Positions 1-10,341 of a stretch of 64,000 nt of DNA are shown one piece after another. The notes under the pieces were generated by a model. That model did no database searches. It was not told the origin of the DNA and saw nothing but the letters and a program-made list of their open reading frames with translations. Origin of the DNA: a virus; the IMG/VR virus record IMGVR_UViG_3300005732_000005, positions 64,001 through 128,000 of that record, one strand, 5' to 3'. The position numbers and the translations under genes are program-made. Each line of letters begins with the position of its first letter. The first letter of the stretch is position 1.

Positions 1-635
1 TTAGTAACTCTACTTATGCTAAAGATCGTGCTGGTAATGACCGTGCTGGTTATGTTAAGAACTTCCAAACAGCTTTCGAAGTTGCTGATGCTGATATGTA
101 CAACGGTGCGGCTAACGGTGCTAAGACTATCGACCTAGATGACCAAACTATTAACCCAGCAGATGAGTTTGAATTGTTCCGTAAGCACGTATTCAATAAA
201 GCTGGTGATGGTGGTGACAACTATCGTCTAGTAGTGTTAATGGGTAGCGGTTCATTCACTAAGCTTAAGAATCACTCAGACTACGTAGAAGCTTTTGCTA
301 ACTATGCTTCTAACGAAGAGCCTTTACGTCAACGTTTAGGTGGTCTACGTACTTCACGTGTTCTTGAGTGGCAGGGTGTTACTTACATCGAAGATGTTTC
401 TGGTAAGATTGATGATGACAAGATTATCGGTTTCCCACTAGATATGGAAGATATGTTCCAACTTCACTATGGTCATGCTGACACTATCGCTGCTCAGAAT
501 GGTGATGAGGCTGTTTCAGAAGCTTACCTTTACATCAACGAAACCGATGCTCGTAAGGTTGGCGTTGAAAGTGAAGCTGCTCTTGTGGCATGTATCACAC
601 GTCCTGAGTTGATCGCTCGTTGGACAGAATCATAA
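1..635 (+). CDS. Major capsid protein, C-terminal part (5' end outside window)
   Basis: Frame is open from the window start; ends ESEAALVACITRPELI, like the C-terminus of lambda-gpE-type capsid proteins; strongly biased codons (GCT, CGT, GGT); followed by a terminator. Confidence 0.8.
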   Translation, partial: SNSTYAKDRAGNDRAGYVKNFQTAFEVADADMYNGAANGAKTIDLDDQTINPADEFELFRKHVFNKAGDGGDNYRLVVLMGSGSFTKLKNHSDYVEAFANYASNEEPLRQRLGGLRTSRVLEWQGVTYIEDVSGKIDDDKIIGFPLDMEDMFQLHYGHADTIAAQNGDEAVSEAYLYINETDARKVGVESEAALVACITRPELIARWTES

Positions 636-656
636 TCGTTTATAAAACAATGACTT

Positions 657-684
657 AGAGAGGACTTGTTCCTCTCTTCTTTTA
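657..684 (+). terminator. Intrinsic terminator after capsid gene
   Basis: AGAGAGGA-cttgt-TCCTCTCT followed by TCTTTT. Confidence 0.6.
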
Positions 685-741
685 CTAAAGTATTTTCTTA
701 GTAGAATATTTCACTAAAAGAATAAATCAGGAGAACAAATT

Positions 742-1251
742 TTGCAAGTAGCAGTTTTAAAAACTAAAAAACTATTCCTAGAGTTCCTTATTGAAAAGGG
801 TCTAGATAAAATTAATATGAATAAATCTCTTCAGGACAAAGCTCGTTGGTCTGTATATGTTGATGACTTACGTATCTATAATGCCCGTCTAGCAGACTTA
901 ATCCTAGAGTTGAACGAGTCTTTAGATATCTTTATTGACCCTTCTAAGAGTCGTCCTTTAACAATCAATGCTATCAAGTTAGTTTATTCAGAGGATAAGA
1001 AAGTTGCCGTACAACAAAAAGAAGCAGCAAAGCAAATCTTCCAAAAAGAAGAAGACAAAGAAGAAGCAAAAGATTCGTCGTTAATTGTTCCTGCGACAGT
1101 TGATTGGAAATGGATTGAGTCTTTAAAGAATAATAAAGAAGATAAAGTTAAGTTGGATGAGTATGCTCAGAAAGAGTTTAATATTGAACTGAAACGTTCT
1201 ATGACTCTTAAGAATATGATCGCTGACTTCAAAGAACAATTAGAAAAATAA
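742..1251 (+). CDS. Head-associated protein with T4 Inh-like domain at its C-terminus
   Basis: TTG start after AGGAG; C-terminal VDWKWIESLKNNKEDKVKLDEYAQKEFNIELKRSMTLKNMIADF resembles the T4 Inh N-terminal motif. Confidence 0.55.
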   Translation: MQVAVLKTKKLFLEFLIEKGLDKINMNKSLQDKARWSVYVDDLRIYNARLADLILELNESLDIFIDPSKSRPLTINAIKLVYSEDKKVAVQQKEAAKQIFQKEEDKEEAKDSSLIVPATVDWKWIESLKNNKEDKVKLDEYAQKEFNIELKRSMTLKNMIADFKEQLEK

Positions 1252-1278
1252 ATAACAATTATAATTGTATAATAAGAT

Positions 1279-1312
1279 GCCCCTAACCTGATAAGGTTCA
1301 GGGGCTTTTTTT
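1279..1312 (+). terminator. Intrinsic terminator
   Basis: GCCCC-TAACCT/AGGTTCA-GGGGC stem followed by T7. Confidence 0.8.
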
Positions 1313-1339
1313 GTTTCTGTAATACACTAAGGAATACAG

Positions 1340-2233
1340 ATGAATTATAACAAAACTGTCTACACATCTCCAATGGTATTTGCGGCAGGACAGGATCATG
1401 AAATAGAAGCTCCTCTAGGTGATACTTATTTCATAACACTGACGGAATGGCAAAACCGCCCTTTAAACCTTCTTCCTGCGAGACCTGCTATTGAAAGAGA
1501 TAAGGTTATACGTAACACCTTGTTTATCCGAGACACTAATAGTCATATTGCAGATATTGTTACAGAAGGTGAAGATTTAAATGTAGTTGTGGCGCTCACA
1601 GAAGCCTATGGGATAGATATCTCATTTGATTGGACAATCACTCACGGTGGAGATTTTATCAACGGAGAAGCGAACTGGGAGAAGGACGAGAGTAACTATA
1701 ACTACCAGCAACTTCACAGAGACACTGTGGATGCGGATTACAACGCAACACTTACTGGGCAAGCTACTATTGCGGCAGGGGATACCACTGTGACTATCAC
1801 TATTCCCACTGTAGACGATGCTGTTTTCACAGGTGGTGAAAACTCTTACAAGGTAAGTACAATCACTTTAAGTAATTACTCTGTCGGTACAGGTGATATT
1901 CTTCCAGATGAAAGTCGTACAAGTTCTTTGATCATTATGAGTGATAGTTCTCCTAGACCTATTATAGAGGGCGTGGTCTCTTTATGGGTTCGTATGGGTG
2001 AAGATACTGAAATGGAGAGATTAGGTGGCAGGTCTGATGCTGTGAGTTTTTCTCTTGGTCAAGACACTAATGGAGATAGTCTTTTAGAAACTTGTATCTT
2101 TGATGATACCCCTATCGAAAAGCTTATTTTTAGAGTAGCGGAAGATCCTACAGCACCCAACGGTGAAGATATTACACAAACCACTTTAAGGTTTAATGCA
2201 CAAATTAAGTCTGGTAGAAGAAACCTAAATTAA
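1340..2233 (+). CDS. Calx-beta domain virion protein (decoration/adhesin)
   Basis: VTEGEDLNVVVALT...DY...GQATIAAGDTTVTITIPTVDD...ITLSN follows the Calx-beta consensus. Confidence 0.65.
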   Translation: MNYNKTVYTSPMVFAAGQDHEIEAPLGDTYFITLTEWQNRPLNLLPARPAIERDKVIRNTLFIRDTNSHIADIVTEGEDLNVVVALTEAYGIDISFDWTITHGGDFINGEANWEKDESNYNYQQLHRDTVDADYNATLTGQATIAAGDTTVTITIPTVDDAVFTGGENSYKVSTITLSNYSVGTGDILPDESRTSSLIIMSDSSPRPIIEGVVSLWVRMGEDTEMERLGGRSDAVSFSLGQDTNGDSLLETCIFDDTPIEKLIFRVAEDPTAPNGEDITQTTLRFNAQIKSGRRNLN

Positions 2234-2234
2234 G

Positions 2235-2243
2235 TGTTATAAT
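2235..2243 (+). promoter_or_regulatory. Extended -10 (late-type) promoter TGTTATAAT
   Basis: Exact motif recurring upstream of structural genes. Confidence 0.65.
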
Positions 2244-2271
2244 AGTAGTATTAACAGAATAAGGAGCTATT

Positions 2272-4116
2272 ATGGCTATACCTAAGAGAGGATCTGGTGT
2301 TCCACCAAGGTCTGTTGGAGGAAAAGGTGGTGAAATTGCTGTACATAACACAGACTGTTCCTTACCCAATGAAGTATCTTCCTCAGTTAAAAGATTGGTA
2401 ATAGGTGAAGGTTTAGGTTTCACAGCTTATGTAGATGCTGATGATGAAGGTTGTATAATCATAGGGCAGCCGCCAAACTTCCTACCACCTCTTTGGCAAA
2501 TGGATAACCAAACCTCAACTATTGTAAGAGTAGGTCTTCCTGATGGAGGTAACTTCTTTGCAGGGCTAAATGATAACTGGGCAGGAACAGCGCGCACTGC
2601 AACACAGAACACATCACTAACATGGACTTCTGGACAATCAACGGGTTTCGGAAGTACATCCTCTGTTAATGTAAATATTACTGATGGTGGTTTGACACCT
2701 TATGCCAATTTGAATTTCCCTACAGCAGGTAACAGTGATACCACAACTGGTAGAGTACGGGTTCGTGTTACAGGTACAACTGCTGATGGTGATGGTAGTC
2801 GGAATGCAGCAACCATTGCAATAACGGTAGATTTACAAGGTTTACTTGATGATGCGGGAAATGGGCATACATCAGGTAGTTTTAGAGTAAGATTCACTCA
2901 CACAGATTTTGACGGTACTCAAAGGGTTTTTGAAGAAAGTTTCTTCTTAGATGATAATAATAATGCAGATATATTTATAAACCCTAATGCAACTGGCTTA
3001 AGAGAGTTTCACATAGAACGTGTACAACACGGTATAGGTAACGGTATTGTTAAGTACTTATCAGGTATTGGTTATTATACAACAGGTACTCGTTACAGTA
3101 TGACCACAGGTGTTGTTGAGAATCATAATCTTGACAGTAGTCGTGTAGACCAAAGTTATGTATTTGATATGGATGGTTTTGGAGTAGCTGACTATAATAC
3201 ATCTCCTTGGACTAGTGTCTCAGATTTCCAACTTATGCTTACAGATGTTGATAGGTTTGATAATCAAATGGGTTATGTACCTGATGACAGTACTAATACT
3301 ATCAACCGAGCAAACTTTAGACATATAGGATTTACTCAAGCACTAGTTAATGTTCGAGATGCTTGGGGTAGTAGTCCACAATACCCTTCTCCTAGTTTTA
3401 ACATGATGGTTGACACTTTTACTGATGATAGTACCAATCTAATTGAAACCTTCAACGGAGAAACTTTACGCTTAGAGGGTGATTATGCAACACCTTGGGA
3501 TAGTGAAACTATTAGAGCTGACGGCCATGCAATTGTGTTTGGTGGGGGATTGTATCGTGGAGTAGACTTGCCTACTATAGACGAGAATGTTTTAGGGGTA
3601 ACAGGTAGTTTAGGGGATGCTTCTGCATTCTTTCCTGACAAGTTTATGGATGACTCTGTAAGACCACAACCTAATTATTCAACTCACGCACAAAAGGCTG
3701 TATACTTCAGAGAGTTCAGGGCAAACAACCCAACCACCAGTTACGGCAGTATGACATTCACTATTACAACAGAGAATGGTATTGAGACGGATATCAATGC
3801 AGGTAATGTTGAAATTTACATTTGGAAGTTAGGTTCTAGTGCTCCAACTTCACCCAACCTAGTATTACCTCCAACATACGACCCTGCTAACCCTGACCTA
3901 AGTAAGGTTAATAGTATTTGGTTACATGAACCTTATGACTTTGGTAATTTTGATGACGGTGCTACACAAAATGTAGGTACGAATGGTTGCCTAGTTAATA
4001 TAGCAGGTAGTACTTTAACAGCTACCTTTGGTGGTGCTAATGTTGAAGGTGGTGTATTAGTAAGAATAGATATAAGCGGAGGCGCTAGGATAGATCATAT
4101 AGTAGCCGCTTTTTAA
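2272..4116 (+). CDS. Putative virion fibre/structural protein
   Basis: 614 aa, G/T/N/D-rich beta-type composition, AGGAG RBS, structural context. Confidence 0.55.
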   Translation: MAIPKRGSGVPPRSVGGKGGEIAVHNTDCSLPNEVSSSVKRLVIGEGLGFTAYVDADDEGCIIIGQPPNFLPPLWQMDNQTSTIVRVGLPDGGNFFAGLNDNWAGTARTATQNTSLTWTSGQSTGFGSTSSVNVNITDGGLTPYANLNFPTAGNSDTTTGRVRVRVTGTTADGDGSRNAATIAITVDLQGLLDDAGNGHTSGSFRVRFTHTDFDGTQRVFEESFFLDDNNNADIFINPNATGLREFHIERVQHGIGNGIVKYLSGIGYYTTGTRYSMTTGVVENHNLDSSRVDQSYVFDMDGFGVADYNTSPWTSVSDFQLMLTDVDRFDNQMGYVPDDSTNTINRANFRHIGFTQALVNVRDAWGSSPQYPSPSFNMMVDTFTDDSTNLIETFNGETLRLEGDYATPWDSETIRADGHAIVFGGGLYRGVDLPTIDENVLGVTGSLGDASAFFPDKFMDDSVRPQPNYSTHAQKAVYFREFRANNPTTSYGSMTFTITTENGIETDINAGNVEIYIWKLGSSAPTSPNLVLPPTYDPANPDLSKVNSIWLHEPYDFGNFDDGATQNVGTNGCLVNIAGSTLTATFGGANVEGGVLVRIDISGGARIDHIVAAF

Positions 4117-4130
4117 AGTAAGGACTTGAT

Positions 4131-4280
4131 ATGCAATTTTATAAAAACATTTCGTTGGTGGAAATCTCTGACGGAAAGTGGCAACTAGTGGTGAAGGTTA
4201 ATGAGGTTAAAGAAGAGCGTATTAACTTGACAGATTCTCAACTTAACTACATCCTCTCTATGTTCCGTCAAGGAGTTTAA
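4131..4280 (+). CDS. Small protein, 49 aa (not in ORF track)
   Basis: AAGGA RBS; MQFYKNISLVEISDGKWQLVVKVNE...FRQGV*; fills the gap between neighbours. Confidence 0.6.
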   Translation: MQFYKNISLVEISDGKWQLVVKVNEVKEERINLTDSQLNYILSMFRQGV

Positions 4281-4282
4281 AT

Positions 4283-7111
4283 ATGGCTTTTACGAACGAG
4301 GAGATTATAAAACTAGCTGGTAATGTTCTAGCAGCGGGGGTTATAGATGCGGCAGGTAATAGTTGGTACGAAACATTAAACCCTAATAGTTTCATTACAG
4401 ACCCAGAAAGTATTTGGTCAGACATGACCTCTTTAAAAGGATTACCTGCTGATAACTTCAATCAAGCCGTACAAAACAGTGTAAATAATCCTGACCTTAT
4501 TGGAAGATACGGTATTGACGATGATGGTACTTTTAATGACACCACTGCATTAAGATTAACTCCCGTTGCAGGTACGAATAATACAACTTATATTTGTTAT
4601 AACGCATTTGGTGATCCTTCTGGGGGTGTTCAGAAAAACTGGATACAACCTCAGTTAATACCTAGGTCGAATGGTTTCCCTAGTTCAGCCTACTCACCTG
4701 TAATATTTTCAGGTTTACCTAGTGGAGGTAATAGGATACTCACTTCTTCTGGTAATGACGGTAACTGGGTATCACACTTCTGGAATCCTGCGGGTGGTTT
4801 GTTACTAATTTCTACTGATGAAGCGCCCCCTTCTGCGGTATTCCCTTCACAAGATTTATACCTCTGTGGTTTCTTTTATAATGGACAAACAGGCGGGGCA
4901 GGGGGTTCTTCAGGTAGCAGTATCTTATTAGAAGATCCTAACGGTAGGTGGAGAATTACGGCAGAGGATGGTGCTCATTTACATTTCCAGAGATGGGATT
5001 TAGAAGGTGGTGTACCTCAATGGAACACTCACTTTAAAATAGGCGCTTCTGCAACCACTGATGGTATCAACCTAACTAAACCTTATGCAATAAATGCCGA
5101 CCTCAATTTAAACTCCTTAGAGGACGGTGGTGACCCTATACTGAGGCCTATATTCTCTGTCAAGGATTTAGATGAGAACTTTGTATACGGCAATAGCGAC
5201 CACACTACAGTACTTGAAACAGCTAAAGGTAAAGAAGTAGAAAGAGCTGTAACTGTAATAAATCAACAGGAGTTTGAAAACAGACCCTTGTTTGATGAAG
5301 ATATAGTTTTAGATACCACAGATACTCCTGAACCAGACAGTGTTACAGAAATATCTTGGCACAGCGATATTAATTACAGTACAGATGCTTCTCATATACG
5401 TTTCAATGAAATAGCTTTTGATGTAGTGGAGTCTAGTGACGATGTTAATGGTGTACCTATAAGAATATCTGTTGAAAGGCAAGATGGAGAATTAGTACAA
5501 GAGAATATCAGTCTAGCTTCCCTCCAAGCGGGTGTTAATGGCGGTTTTAACTTTAAAACGGGTTATAATTTTTACACAATAAACCCTAAGTACAGTGATG
5601 TGCGTACTGCAAGAAACATCACTAGATTACAATTACCTATAGGTTACAAGGTTAAACTTAAGGGTGGTACTTATACCTTCTTCAATACTCAAACCAATCA
5701 AATGGAGAACCAGTTTGTACCTAGGCAAAAGTCTAAAGTTGAGTATGTGAATTATGTTAATGTCCTTGACGGTTCTAATGTAAAAGAGGAAGTGTACAAA
5801 GATTCTAATGTTGTATTGGATCACGGTGTAGGTAGTTGGTATCCAACTGAGACTACTCAGTTTACATCGCTGGCCTCCCCCTCTGAACATTCTGATATAT
5901 CCAGAGCGGTACTCGGTAATTATAACTCCAAGACATACGTTGCTTCAGGTAATGAAGGTCTACATATACTTTTCCAAGACGACTCAACTAGAAGACAATT
6001 CTGGACAGAACCCTCAGTAGAGCGCAGGAATGCAGGGGATGTACCACTACAAACAAAAACTATATCACGTCTTGAGATTGACGTAGAGAATTTGTTTGCT
6101 TCTGAATTGCAAGAGACGATTTGGGATGTAGTCAACATTGAGAAGATTTTACCTTTATTCAGGTATGAAGGCGATACACCTATCTCTTATCGTGTCTCCA
6201 TCGAATCTGCAAATAGTGTGGGTAATTTCTTGTTACAGGAAAACCAGACTAGGTATGCCTTACTGAATAAGAAGGGGGATACAAGGTTTGTTATAAATCC
6301 TGCAAACAACCCTACTGACCCAGACTACCACGAATTACGGTTACCTAGAGAAACCCTGACTGTGGATAACTTCACCAAAAAGAAGATAGTTTTTGAGTTC
6401 CATGAACCTATAAAAGTTTACGGTAACTATATAAATGTAACAGACCCTTTAGATCCTGAAGGTACAGGAACTTTTATTCCTAGTATAAAAGCTACGGTGG
6501 TACGAGTATTTGAGAGACCTATTGTTACAGGAGATGACTTAGAGCAACGGGTAGATGAAATAGAAGGTCAACAAGAGTGGGCTTATGCTACGCAACATAA
6601 TTGGCCCACTATTCATGAGATACCTACGGATATGTGGTTGGCAGATGGTGATGGAGAACCTATCTTCTGGGCTGAGGAGTCAGGGCTGGCAGCAGACCAA
6701 GACGAACATCAATGGTTGTTCGATACAGGGATGGAAGCTTATTACCAACCTTTAATCACCCAAGGTACTGTAGCTAATAACAATATAACCTTAAACCCCT
6801 TAGTTGTTCATGTACCTTATGATTCTGTTAAAGAGTTTAGTGTGGTATTCGGTTGGGATAATTCTTTGAATGATGATCCGCTTATCGAGACTGCTAGTTT
6901 TACATTTTACATAGCTACACATGGAAGAAATGCTGATACACAAATTAGTATACAAGTACCTAAAGGTGCAAGCTTAATTTACAATTTCACTAAGAGACGT
7001 AACGGAAGATATGGCTATAGGGCAACCCCGTTTAATGATAATCTTGCATCTACTTCGCAAGTAGGTGACTTATCTGACACATACCCTGCAGATCCGAATC
7101 CACCAATTTAA
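4283..7111 (+). CDS. Large virion fibre/structural protein
   Basis: 942 aa; Gly/Ser hinge followed by LLEDPNGRWRITAEDG beta-meander typical of trimeric fibres. Confidence 0.55.
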   Translation: MAFTNEEIIKLAGNVLAAGVIDAAGNSWYETLNPNSFITDPESIWSDMTSLKGLPADNFNQAVQNSVNNPDLIGRYGIDDDGTFNDTTALRLTPVAGTNNTTYICYNAFGDPSGGVQKNWIQPQLIPRSNGFPSSAYSPVIFSGLPSGGNRILTSSGNDGNWVSHFWNPAGGLLLISTDEAPPSAVFPSQDLYLCGFFYNGQTGGAGGSSGSSILLEDPNGRWRITAEDGAHLHFQRWDLEGGVPQWNTHFKIGASATTDGINLTKPYAINADLNLNSLEDGGDPILRPIFSVKDLDENFVYGNSDHTTVLETAKGKEVERAVTVINQQEFENRPLFDEDIVLDTTDTPEPDSVTEISWHSDINYSTDASHIRFNEIAFDVVESSDDVNGVPIRISVERQDGELVQENISLASLQAGVNGGFNFKTGYNFYTINPKYSDVRTARNITRLQLPIGYKVKLKGGTYTFFNTQTNQMENQFVPRQKSKVEYVNYVNVLDGSNVKEEVYKDSNVVLDHGVGSWYPTETTQFTSLASPSEHSDISRAVLGNYNSKTYVASGNEGLHILFQDDSTRRQFWTEPSVERRNAGDVPLQTKTISRLEIDVENLFASELQETIWDVVNIEKILPLFRYEGDTPISYRVSIESANSVGNFLLQENQTRYALLNKKGDTRFVINPANNPTDPDYHELRLPRETLTVDNFTKKKIVFEFHEPIKVYGNYINVTDPLDPEGTGTFIPSIKATVVRVFERPIVTGDDLEQRVDEIEGQQEWAYATQHNWPTIHEIPTDMWLADGDGEPIFWAEESGLAADQDEHQWLFDTGMEAYYQPLITQGTVANNNITLNPLVVHVPYDSVKEFSVVFGWDNSLNDDPLIETASFTFYIATHGRNADTQISIQVPKGASLIYNFTKRRNGRYGYRATPFNDNLASTSQVGDLSDTYPADPNPPI

Positions 7112-7123
7112 ATAGGAATTACC

Positions 7124-9631
7124 ATGCCTAGACGCATAAATGATATACCTTTCCGCACAAGGGATCAGTTAAACAACACTTTCCAGATGATTACCACTAA
7201 TCCTGCGGATTTTACACAATTAAGTCGTGTAGCTGTGACAGATTTTCGTGGATCTGGTATATTTTACTCGTCACTTGAACCAACTATAAATCCCGAAGCA
7301 AATACAAACTTACCTAACTATATCCAGAATGATATATTTTTACGTGACTCTGCTGCGGGTCTACAACTGTACACATGGAACCATGTCGATGATTCTTGGA
7401 GCACCCCTAAGAAGTTAAACGGTATAAGGTTATTAGATTCTTCAGATTTCCCTTTAATACCTAACCTAGACTTACGTATCACCAACCTCATAAGTAATAT
7501 ACCTTTTGAAGCAGATTACTACCTAAACAATACACTTTCCCTTATTTTCGGTGGTTACGATGGAGCATTAGGTTTTAACTTCTCTGCTCAAGAGTTTAAT
7601 CGTTATAAAGCGATACGTAACGTTATCACTTTTACCTACCAAGGTACAGATGTTATTGGTTATGACGATCCCGCAGCTTACTGGACAGCTTTTATGGCCG
7701 ATACTGGTAAGACTGACCTTCAAAAAGCCACTTACAACTTCCCCACACACGGTGATACGGTACACATACTTCTAGAAGGTGATGAAGGTCACGGTGGTTG
7801 GTTATATACTTTTGACAATGGTATTACTGCTAACGATCCCTCTCAACAAGTTAATTATAATCTGAAATTTAATGCTGACCCTGCTGATTCCACAAGAAAA
7901 GTACATGCACGTCAGGAGAGGGTTTGGAGTGAGTTTGCAGAGCCTGTCCAGAACGATAAGAAATACCGTCAAGGGGATAGTCACTACGACACAGATAACG
8001 GTGTTCTGTGGTCAGGTTACAATGAAGGAATAGCACCAACAACTGACTTAACTGTATTGTTTGATAACTTTACTCACATGAAAGGTTCATCTCTTCTATC
8101 TGCTAAGGATGTTAATGGAGATTGGGAAGTTCCTGTTAAAGATGATGCTACCTATCAAGCAAATGATTATATCTTAACGAATACTAACAGTACACCAAGA
8201 ATACACGGCCCGTATGTAATGGGTGCTGCTAACGATCATGAAGCTTGGCCTTTGTATACTATTTTACGTGGCAGCATTGTTCATGACGTAACAGTAGGTA
8301 ATATTCCTACAGTCTTCACAGGTGATTACCCTACGATTGATGGTGTTATGGTTGCTTCGGGTGACACTATCCGAGAAATATATACACCTGATGTTAAAAT
8401 CTATGAGTACTATGATGGTGTTTTGATAGATTATAACTTAAAAGGTATGGCTTGGGGTGTGCTACGCAGACCAATACACCCAACAAGGGTATCCTACTCC
8501 TCAGAAACTTTACTTCCTGTTCGTAATGATAATATCTATTATGAAAATGAGATTGTAAGGAATGCCGTTGGGGACTTATTCCGTTATACAGAAGGTCAAG
8601 CTACTGACCAAGATGCCTTTACTCAGTTAGAGAATCTTAAAGCAAATGTAATATTTGTAGTAGAGGATGTTAATGGAGATTACGTACCTACTACCGTTAA
8701 CGACGGATCAATAGGTTTTATTGCTCAAGATAATGATACTCTAGAAGTGAGATGTACAGCTACTGGTAGTACCAAAGTTGTCCTTTATACTGCAAATGTA
8801 TCTGCTGATGGTACAACTATTACTTGGATAGATAGGCGTAGTAAGTTTGGTCAAAGAACTTTTGAAGATACAGGTTTTCTTGATCCTACCCCTAGTGTAG
8901 ATTTATATACTGAGGGAGACTATGTGGTCACAGCTTCAGGTAGAAGATACGAATACCATGAAACTAGTAATAATTTACAGTTTTCGGATTGGGTGCGTGG
9001 TAGTCATATTGAAGTAACCAATTCACTAGATAACAACTTCGCACCAAATATTGATAATGCCACTGGTCAGGTTTCAGGGTTCGGTAATATGATGGTTAAG
9101 ACAGGTGATGTTGCTGAGATTGTTATAACTGGGTCACCTACTGATAAAACCTTTAGGTATGAAGTTGTACAAGATTTCCCTATAGTACTAGGTCCCCGTA
9201 CAAATGTACACCCTACACGGTTATTCGACAGATCAAGTACAAACGCAAGACCTGTTGCTGATGACAGTCAATATACTAACGGGGACTTTGTAGATAATTC
9301 CGTGACTGGTATGAGATATGGTCCTTATGTAGAAAATGCCCCTGACGATGTAACAGCTTGGCCTGACTATCAACGTATTGGTGGTGAAGATTACAGTATC
9401 GACCTAGGGCATCAACCTAACAGACACTATCTTCAAAATGATCATGCTATTCACGATGGTAGTTTGTATAAAGCCCGTGTTGCTTTGAATGGTACAAGTT
9501 CTCCTATACCTTTTAACGAAGCAGATTGGGATTTAGTATTACAAGGTGTTCAGGATCTACGTGACAGTGACAACTCTAAACACACCATGAGTTTAGTAAA
9601 CGGGGTATTCACAGTAACACCTAAACCTTAA
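7124..9631 (+). CDS. Repeat-containing fibre protein with C-terminal CBM5/12-like module
   Basis: Recurrent P-x2-(N/D)D-x2-Y-x2-(G/N)D motifs; C-terminal HYLQNDHAIHDGSLYKA...P...W. Confidence 0.6.
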   Translation: MPRRINDIPFRTRDQLNNTFQMITTNPADFTQLSRVAVTDFRGSGIFYSSLEPTINPEANTNLPNYIQNDIFLRDSAAGLQLYTWNHVDDSWSTPKKLNGIRLLDSSDFPLIPNLDLRITNLISNIPFEADYYLNNTLSLIFGGYDGALGFNFSAQEFNRYKAIRNVITFTYQGTDVIGYDDPAAYWTAFMADTGKTDLQKATYNFPTHGDTVHILLEGDEGHGGWLYTFDNGITANDPSQQVNYNLKFNADPADSTRKVHARQERVWSEFAEPVQNDKKYRQGDSHYDTDNGVLWSGYNEGIAPTTDLTVLFDNFTHMKGSSLLSAKDVNGDWEVPVKDDATYQANDYILTNTNSTPRIHGPYVMGAANDHEAWPLYTILRGSIVHDVTVGNIPTVFTGDYPTIDGVMVASGDTIREIYTPDVKIYEYYDGVLIDYNLKGMAWGVLRRPIHPTRVSYSSETLLPVRNDNIYYENEIVRNAVGDLFRYTEGQATDQDAFTQLENLKANVIFVVEDVNGDYVPTTVNDGSIGFIAQDNDTLEVRCTATGSTKVVLYTANVSADGTTITWIDRRSKFGQRTFEDTGFLDPTPSVDLYTEGDYVVTASGRRYEYHETSNNLQFSDWVRGSHIEVTNSLDNNFAPNIDNATGQVSGFGNMMVKTGDVAEIVITGSPTDKTFRYEVVQDFPIVLGPRTNVHPTRLFDRSSTNARPVADDSQYTNGDFVDNSVTGMRYGPYVENAPDDVTAWPDYQRIGGEDYSIDLGHQPNRHYLQNDHAIHDGSLYKARVALNGTSSPIPFNEADWDLVLQGVQDLRDSDNSKHTMSLVNGVFTVTPKP

Positions 9632-9678
9632 TATGAGAGGCAGAGATGTCTCTTTATTTTTAAAAGAGAGATTAATAT

Positions 9679-10338
9679 ATGTTAACTCAAGCTATGGAAC
9701 TTGAGCCTGTCGTTAAAGGTATGGTAGATATCTATACAGGCGATCCCAACAATTTACCTACTGGATGGTATGTTGCAGACGGAAGAACAGTTAATATAAA
9801 CGGTACTAATGAAGTTCTTGTAGATTTGACAGGAAATCGAGGTTTTCTTATGTTGGCGGGACAGATTGGTGACCCTGAACTCCTTACAGACATAATCCAG
9901 TCTACAGGTGCTCCTAGTGCAGTGGTAACCGCTGAAGGTGCTTCCGAACACACCCACGTTTTCACAACAACCCCTAGTGCAAACTTTAATACTAATAGTG
10001 ACGGTGAACATGGACACACCGTTAACTGGGAGGCTAAAGTTAATTTCTCCTCAGATGAGCAAACTGTTGACGTGGATAGCGGTAGTGATCCCGCAAGGTA
10101 TACTAATGCGGGTAATGCTGACGTTTGGGAGTACAGAAACAGGTTTTCAGGTCATGTCAGTGTCTCTACAGGAGGAGCTGGATGGGCTAATGATCACTCT
10201 CACCACAATCATACTATTAATGCAAGTTCTAGGCAATTTAGCACTAATACAGGACACGAGCATAATTTTGTAGGACAAGATAATATAACTCAACCTAGGC
10301 ATAAAGAGATTTACCTAGTTGTTTATATGGGAGGTTAA
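9679..10338 (+). CDS. Tail-collar/HxH needle fibre protein 1
   Basis: IYTGDPNNLPTGWYVADG collar motif; HTH, HGH, HSH, HNH, HEH motifs. Confidence 0.75.
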   Translation: MLTQAMELEPVVKGMVDIYTGDPNNLPTGWYVADGRTVNINGTNEVLVDLTGNRGFLMLAGQIGDPELLTDIIQSTGAPSAVVTAEGASEHTHVFTTTPSANFNTNSDGEHGHTVNWEAKVNFSSDEQTVDVDSGSDPARYTNAGNADVWEYRNRFSGHVSVSTGGAGWANDHSHHNHTINASSRQFSTNTGHEHNFVGQDNITQPRHKEIYLVVYMGG

Positions 10339-10341
10339 TAT

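Noticed and set aside
677-722. Long imperfect AT-rich palindrome after the capsid terminator
   Set aside because: Low complexity; cannot separate from chance or terminator-associated structure
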